Origin: an uncultured Verrucomicrobiae bacterium
GTDB taxonomy: Bacteria; Verrucomicrobiota; Verrucomicrobiia; Chthoniobacterales; UBA10450
DNA: 64,000 bases
Direction of reading: 5' to 3'
NCBI GenBank assembly: GCA_963815455.1
Contig: CAWFGO010000001.1
Location: 1,472,001-1,536,000, forward strand
Shown: piece after piece, positions 59,396 to 64,000 of the stretch
Layout of the letters: the number at the start of each line of letters is the position of its first letter
Position numbering within the stretch: the first letter of the stretch is position 1
The notes under the pieces: generated by a model
Database searches by the model: none
The model's input: the letters and a program-made list of their open reading frames with translations, nothing else
Told to the model about the DNA's origin: nothing
Position numbers and translations under genes: made by a program

Positions 59396-62155
59396 TCACC
59401 GAAACATGCGCGTCCGCTTGCTCCGATCGGCGGGAATGCCTGAATAGGGTGCGCCAACTTTTCGACGCACCCATTTCTCGAATTCGACCACGCAGTAAGC
59501 GGCCAGACCCACCGCAGTGATGTAGAGCCACGAAGCGCTGTCCAGCGGCGCGGTGTGAAAGAGCCGATTCATCAGAGGGGTGTGCGTGAAGGCGACCTGG
59601 GCGCCGACCATCGCTACGATGCCGGCGTAGACCCAACGATTGCTCCACAGACCCAGGCGGAACATCGAGTCCAGAAGCGAGCGGCAATTGAGCAGGTAAA
59701 AGATTTCCACCATCACAATGACGTTGATCACCGTTGTGCGCGCTTCGACCACGTTCTTACCACGCATTTGCTGCTCCCAAAGAAACGCGCCGAACGCGCC
59801 GACCAGCAAAAGCAGCATGACCAGCCCGGTGCGCATGATGATTGGGAAAGTAAGAATCGGTTGCCCCGGATCGCGCGGCCGCCGGCGCATCAAGTCGTGT
59901 TCCTTGGGCTCGAACACCAGCGTCAAACCCAGAAGAACGGTTGTGGTCATGTTGACCCAAAGCAGTTGCACGGGCAACGCGGGCAGTGCGGTCCCTAGAA
60001 AAATGGCGGTCAGGAGGATGAGTCCCTCGCCGCCATTGGTCGGCAGTGTCCAGACGATGAACTTGGTCAGGTTGTCGAATACGCCGCGGCCTTCCTCCAC
60101 CGCGGCTTCGATGCTGGCAAAATTGTCGTCCGTCAGCAGCATGTCGGCGGCTCCCTTGGCCACGTCAGTTCCAGTAATGCCCATCGCCACACCGATGTCG
60201 GCCTGTTTGAGCGCGGGTGCGTCATTCACCCCATCGCCGGTCATGGCCACGATATGGCCGCGCGCTTGCAGCGCGCGCACAAGTTTGAGCTTCTGCTCAG
60301 GCGCGACCCGGGCAAAGACGGCGGCACGTTCGGCGAGTTCGGGCAGGTCAGTTCCGGAGACCCTTTCCAGCTCCCAACCGGTTACAGCAACCAGGCTGTC
60401 AGCATCGCCGCCACCCAGACCGAGTTGCTGCGCGATGCTGCGGGCGGTGAGAGCATGGTCGCCAGTGATCATCTTCACCTGGATGCCCGCCTCGCGGCAC
60501 TTGCGGACCGAGACTATGGCTTCGGCCCGGGGCGGATCGATCATGCCTTGCAGTCCGAGAAAGGCGAAGCCTTCCCGCACTTGACCGTGCTGAAGCTCCT
60601 GATGGTCGTGCGCGACTTCGCGCCGCGCGAAGGCGAGCACCCGCAGTCCTTTCGCCGCCATTTGCGCAGCGGCGGCGTGGACGGCGTCGGCATCCAGCGG
60701 CACCAGTTCGCCATCGTCACGTAGCGCATGCGAACACCGCTCCAGGAGGCGTTCCACGGACCCTTTTTTGTAAATTAGGCGCGGCTTGCCTTCGCCGCGG
60801 CTGTGCAGCGTAGCCATGAACTGATGCTCGGACTCGAAGGGAATCACGTCGAGCCTCGGATAGGCCGAGTGCGTTTCCGCCGCGGCCAATCCCGCTTTTT
60901 GCGCGGCGACGATGAGCGCGGCTTCCGTCGGGTCGCCTTCGACCTTGAGGCGATCGCCCTCGCGCACAAGCTGCGAATCGTTATTGAGCAAACCGGCCAG
61001 GAGCGTTTCGCGCAAGGCCGCGTGATGATCGAGCGCGGCCCGCCGGCCGTGCGTCAGCACTTCACCACCCGGATCGTAGCCACTGCCAGTTACGTCGTAG
61101 AATTCTCCGCCCGCGAAAATCCGCTGCACCGTCATCTGGTTTTCGGTGAGCGTACCGGTTTTGTCCGAACAGATCACGGTCGTGCTTCCGAGCGCTTCGA
61201 CCGCCGGGAGCTTGCGGATGATGGCGCGGCGTTTCACCATCCGCGCGACGCCGATGGCCAGTGTGATGGTGACGGCGGCTGGCAGGCCTTCGGGAATCGC
61301 GCCGACCGCCATGGCTATAGCGGCCATAAACATCTCATCCGCTTTCTCACCGCGCACCACGCCCATCCCAAAGGTTAGTACCGCCAGTCCGAGGATGATC
61401 CAGAGCAACAGCCTGCTAAATTGAGCGATCTTGCGCGTAAGTGGCGTGGACAGGTCCGCCGCCTCATGAATGAGGCGGGCGATGCGACCGGTCTCGGTCT
61501 GGTTGCCAATGGCCCAGACCACGCCCTCTGCCTGACCGTAAGTGACGAGCGTGCCGGCAAACGCCAGATTTTTTCGCTCGGCCAGAATGGTGCCTAACGG
61601 GAGAGCGCGGGCGTGTTTCTCAACCGGCACCGATTCGCCGGTGAGCGCGGACTCGTCCACCTGCAAGTTGCGCACACGAACCAGGCGCACATCGGCCGGC
61701 ACTTTGTCGCCGGATTGGAGCAGGACCACGTCGCCCGGAACAAGTTCCCCGCAGTTTACTCGCTGCTTGCATCCGTCGCGCCGCACCGTGGCCTCCGTGC
61801 GGACCATCTTCGACAGCGCGTCGATCGCCTTTTCTGCTTTGCTCTCCTGAAGGAAGCCGACAATGGCATTGAAGATCGTCACGCCAAAAATGACGGCCGA
61901 ATCCACAAAATGGCCGAGTAAGGCCGTCACGCCAGCCGCAATGAGCAGGATATACATTAGCGGCTGCGCGAACTGGAGAAAGAAGCGCATCCATTCGCTG
62001 GTACGCTTCGGTGCCGTCAACTCGTTCCGGCCAAACTGCCGGCGTCGCGCCTCGACCTCGGCTTGCCTCAACCCGCTGGCCGGATCGCTGTCCAGCAGTC
62101 CGGCAACGTCTTCAATGCGGAGTTGATGCCATGGAGTGTTGGCGACCAAGTGCAT
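59396..62155 (-). CDS. Cation-transporting P-type ATPase (type II, PacL/CtpF-like)
   Basis: TGES, PEGL, DKTGTLT, GDGVNDAPAL. Confidence 0.95.
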   Translation of the reverse strand: MHLVANTPWHQLRIEDVAGLLDSDPASGLRQAEVEARRRQFGRNELTAPKRTSEWMRFFLQFAQPLMYILLIAAGVTALLGHFVDSAVIFGVTIFNAIVGFLQESKAEKAIDALSKMVRTEATVRRDGCKQRVNCGELVPGDVVLLQSGDKVPADVRLVRVRNLQVDESALTGESVPVEKHARALPLGTILAERKNLAFAGTLVTYGQAEGVVWAIGNQTETGRIARLIHEAADLSTPLTRKIAQFSRLLLWIILGLAVLTFGMGVVRGEKADEMFMAAIAMAVGAIPEGLPAAVTITLAIGVARMVKRRAIIRKLPAVEALGSTTVICSDKTGTLTENQMTVQRIFAGGEFYDVTGSGYDPGGEVLTHGRRAALDHHAALRETLLAGLLNNDSQLVREGDRLKVEGDPTEAALIVAAQKAGLAAAETHSAYPRLDVIPFESEHQFMATLHSRGEGKPRLIYKKGSVERLLERCSHALRDDGELVPLDADAVHAAAAQMAAKGLRVLAFARREVAHDHQELQHGQVREGFAFLGLQGMIDPPRAEAIVSVRKCREAGIQVKMITGDHALTARSIAQQLGLGGGDADSLVAVTGWELERVSGTDLPELAERAAVFARVAPEQKLKLVRALQARGHIVAMTGDGVNDAPALKQADIGVAMGITGTDVAKGAADMLLTDDNFASIEAAVEEGRGVFDNLTKFIVWTLPTNGGEGLILLTAIFLGTALPALPVQLLWVNMTTTVLLGLTLVFEPKEHDLMRRRPRDPGQPILTFPIIMRTGLVMLLLLVGAFGAFLWEQQMRGKNVVEARTTVINVIVMVEIFYLLNCRSLLDSMFRLGLWSNRWVYAGIVAMVGAQVAFTHTPLMNRLFHTAPLDSASWLYITAVGLAAYCVVEFEKWVRRKVGAPYSGIPADRSKRTRMFR

Positions 62156-62176
62156 CCTTGCAGCCCGCCACGGCGC

Positions 62177-62722
62177 TCAGTGGCTCCGTTTGTTCCTGTG
62201 CTTGAAGCGAAAGATGGCCGGACGCTTTTCTTCCCGCGAAACCGAGCGCTTGGCCGAAGGTATCAAAAATATGGGACAGGACGCGAGCCGCGCGACCCGA
62301 TCGGCGACACTCCCAATCAGGTAACGGTCGAGTCCGCTGAGACCGTGGGTGGAGAGAACAATCGCATCGCATTTCGATTCCCTCGCGGCCGCGACAATTT
62401 GGTCCGCCGGTTGGCCGATCCGGATCTCGATATCCACCGGGACATTCTGGCGAACGTGAGCGTCAGCCAGCGCACCCAAACGCTCCGCCGCTTGCCGCTG
62501 CAACGTCTTATCCAAATCCCGTGATTCTTCGCGGCCGATTCCCAACCATCCGTAATCAACTGGAACAACGTGCAGGATAATCAGCGAACCGCCCGATTGC
62601 CCGGCCAGTTCGGCGGCGTAGCGCAACGCATTCTCAGCAGGAGTCGAAAAATCGACCGGCACCAATAAACGCTGCGGTTTTACGGCGAAACGGTGGTCCT
62701 GTTTGGTGGATTTCTTTTTCAT
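62177..62722 (-). CDS. Universal stress protein
   Basis: LVPVDFS...GSVADRV. Confidence 0.9.
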   Translation of the reverse strand: MKKKSTKQDHRFAVKPQRLLVPVDFSTPAENALRYAAELAGQSGGSLIILHVVPVDYGWLGIGREESRDLDKTLQRQAAERLGALADAHVRQNVPVDIEIRIGQPADQIVAAARESKCDAIVLSTHGLSGLDRYLIGSVADRVARLASCPIFLIPSAKRSVSREEKRPAIFRFKHRNKRSH

Positions 62723-63651
62723 TGTTTCGACGTCTCATTATCAGCGGGCGGGACAACAACCACTGGCACGGTGGCGTGACGCAACACATCGCGGGATACC
62801 GATCCAAATCGCAACCGGTCGAGCCCGCGGCGACCATGGGTGCCCACTACAACAAGATCGACATGGTGACGGCTGGCCATCTCGTACAAGTAACCTTCCG
62901 TGCGTCCCCACCCCGGCTCAACCGTAATCGTGACCTTGTCCGGAGGTAGAAATATGGCAACGCGTTCCGCTACATCCCGTTCGAGAGACTTCTGGATCTC
63001 TTGTGGATTCTCAGTCAAAGGCAGAGCGCCCTGATATTTCAGCCGATGCGCTTCTTCCGGCGGCCAATCGACATGCACCACCTCGATCTCGCACGCGCCG
63101 ACTTCCTGGATCTCCTGTAGCCAGCGCAAGGCAGTGTCGGCGGCGCTTGAGAAATCGTAGCCGACAAGAATCTTCAACGAATGTTCGCCCCGGAGCCAGG
63201 AGTTGAGCCTCGACTTGGGCCGCACCACCAGGGTTGGGATGGACGAAGTCTCGGCCGTGCGCTCGGCCACACTGCCCACCAGCAACCGTTTCGCCAGCCC
63301 GTGTCCAACCGCCCCAACGACAACGAGCCGCCCATTAGATTTGATCGCCACACCAACCAATTCATCAAAGGCCGATCCGGTCAGAAGGTTTTCTTCAACT
63401 GATGTTCCCGCTTTGCGCAACCGCTCGGCTTCGCGTTCAAGTTCGACTCGCTTTTGCGAAAACGTTGCCTCGAACAATTTCGGATCGACCGCCGCCATTC
63501 CTCGAAACTCATCCACATGGACGAGAACCAGTGTTGTTCCGAGCTTCCGGGCGATCGCTGCCGCAATATCCACCGCTTCCACCGCCGCCGCGGAGAAATC
63601 GATCCCGCAGATGATTGGGCGTTCATCTTTGGTTTGCGTTACTCTAGCCAT
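62719..63651 (-). CDS. Tandem universal stress protein
   Basis: Two USP domains. Confidence 0.9.
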   Translation of the reverse strand: MARVTQTKDERPIICGIDFSAAAVEAVDIAAAIARKLGTTLVLVHVDEFRGMAAVDPKLFEATFSQKRVELEREAERLRKAGTSVEENLLTGSAFDELVGVAIKSNGRLVVVGAVGHGLAKRLLVGSVAERTAETSSIPTLVVRPKSRLNSWLRGEHSLKILVGYDFSSAADTALRWLQEIQEVGACEIEVVHVDWPPEEAHRLKYQGALPLTENPQEIQKSLERDVAERVAIFLPPDKVTITVEPGWGRTEGYLYEMASRHHVDLVVVGTHGRRGLDRLRFGSVSRDVLRHATVPVVVVPPADNETSKQ

Positions 63652-63701
63652 TGGTTTCCTTTCATTTGGACCGCGTCAGTTTTCTAGCGGCTTCTTGTGG
63701 T

Positions 63702-64000
63702 TTACTTCTGCGCTCTTTCCTTGTCTAAAATTGCCAGCGTCGTCTTGATAACCGTGTCGGGGTTTAGCGAGATACTGTCGATCTTTTGTTCCACCAGAAA
63801 TTGCGCGAACTCGGGATAATCGCTCGGGGCCTGGCCGCAAATGCCGATCTTGCGCTTTTTTGACCGCGCGGCTGCGATCACTTGCGCAATCATCTTTTTC
63901 ACCGCCGCGTTTCGTTCGTCGAAAATCCCGGCCACAATCTCGCTGTCCCGATCGACGCCCAGAATGAGTTGTGTCAGATCATTCGATCCGATACTGAACC
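63702..64000 (-). CDS. ppsA: Phosphoenolpyruvate synthase, C-terminal end (5' truncated by window)
   Basis: [32 protein letters not shown]. Confidence 0.92.
   Translation of the reverse strand, partial: FSIGSNDLTQLILGVDRDSEIVAGIFDERNAAVKKMIAQVIAAARSKKRKIGICGQAPSDYPEFAQFLVEQKIDSISLNPDTVIKTTLAILDKERAQK

Overview
Bacterial chromosomal window, probably from Verrucomicrobiota (Chthoniobacterales-like); this is inferred from gene content and repeat style, not proven. Housekeeping genes flank a ~15 kb chromosomal integron (8.45-24.25 kb). The flanks include carB, a cyclophilin, aguB, an YhaM-like nuclease, a frameshifted class D beta-lactamase, sodC, pdxH, hsp20-lon, mdh, malQ, uvrD/pcrA, alpha-2-macroglobulin-pbpC, and a ppsA/USP/P-type ATPase/ldhA stress cluster. 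In the integron, intI is co-oriented with, and directly upstream of, attI and 26 minus-strand cassettes, delimited by 25 attC sites plus one truncated attC. Two observations stand out. (1) attI and essentially every attC contain a short ORF that ends on the TAG of the GTTAG recombination core, or at a TGA five codons earlier, just before the start codon of the next cassette; this suggests a built-in translational relay. (2) Two IS110/IS1111-type elements, one complete and one remnant, sit in attC sites. Each has a downstream structured non-coding region whose loop is complementary to that element's own, different, attC insertion flank, as expected for naturally re-programmed bridge/seek RNAs. 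The window is also rich in REP-like palindromes, some inserted in frame in housekeeping genes. All alignments and folds were done by eye.
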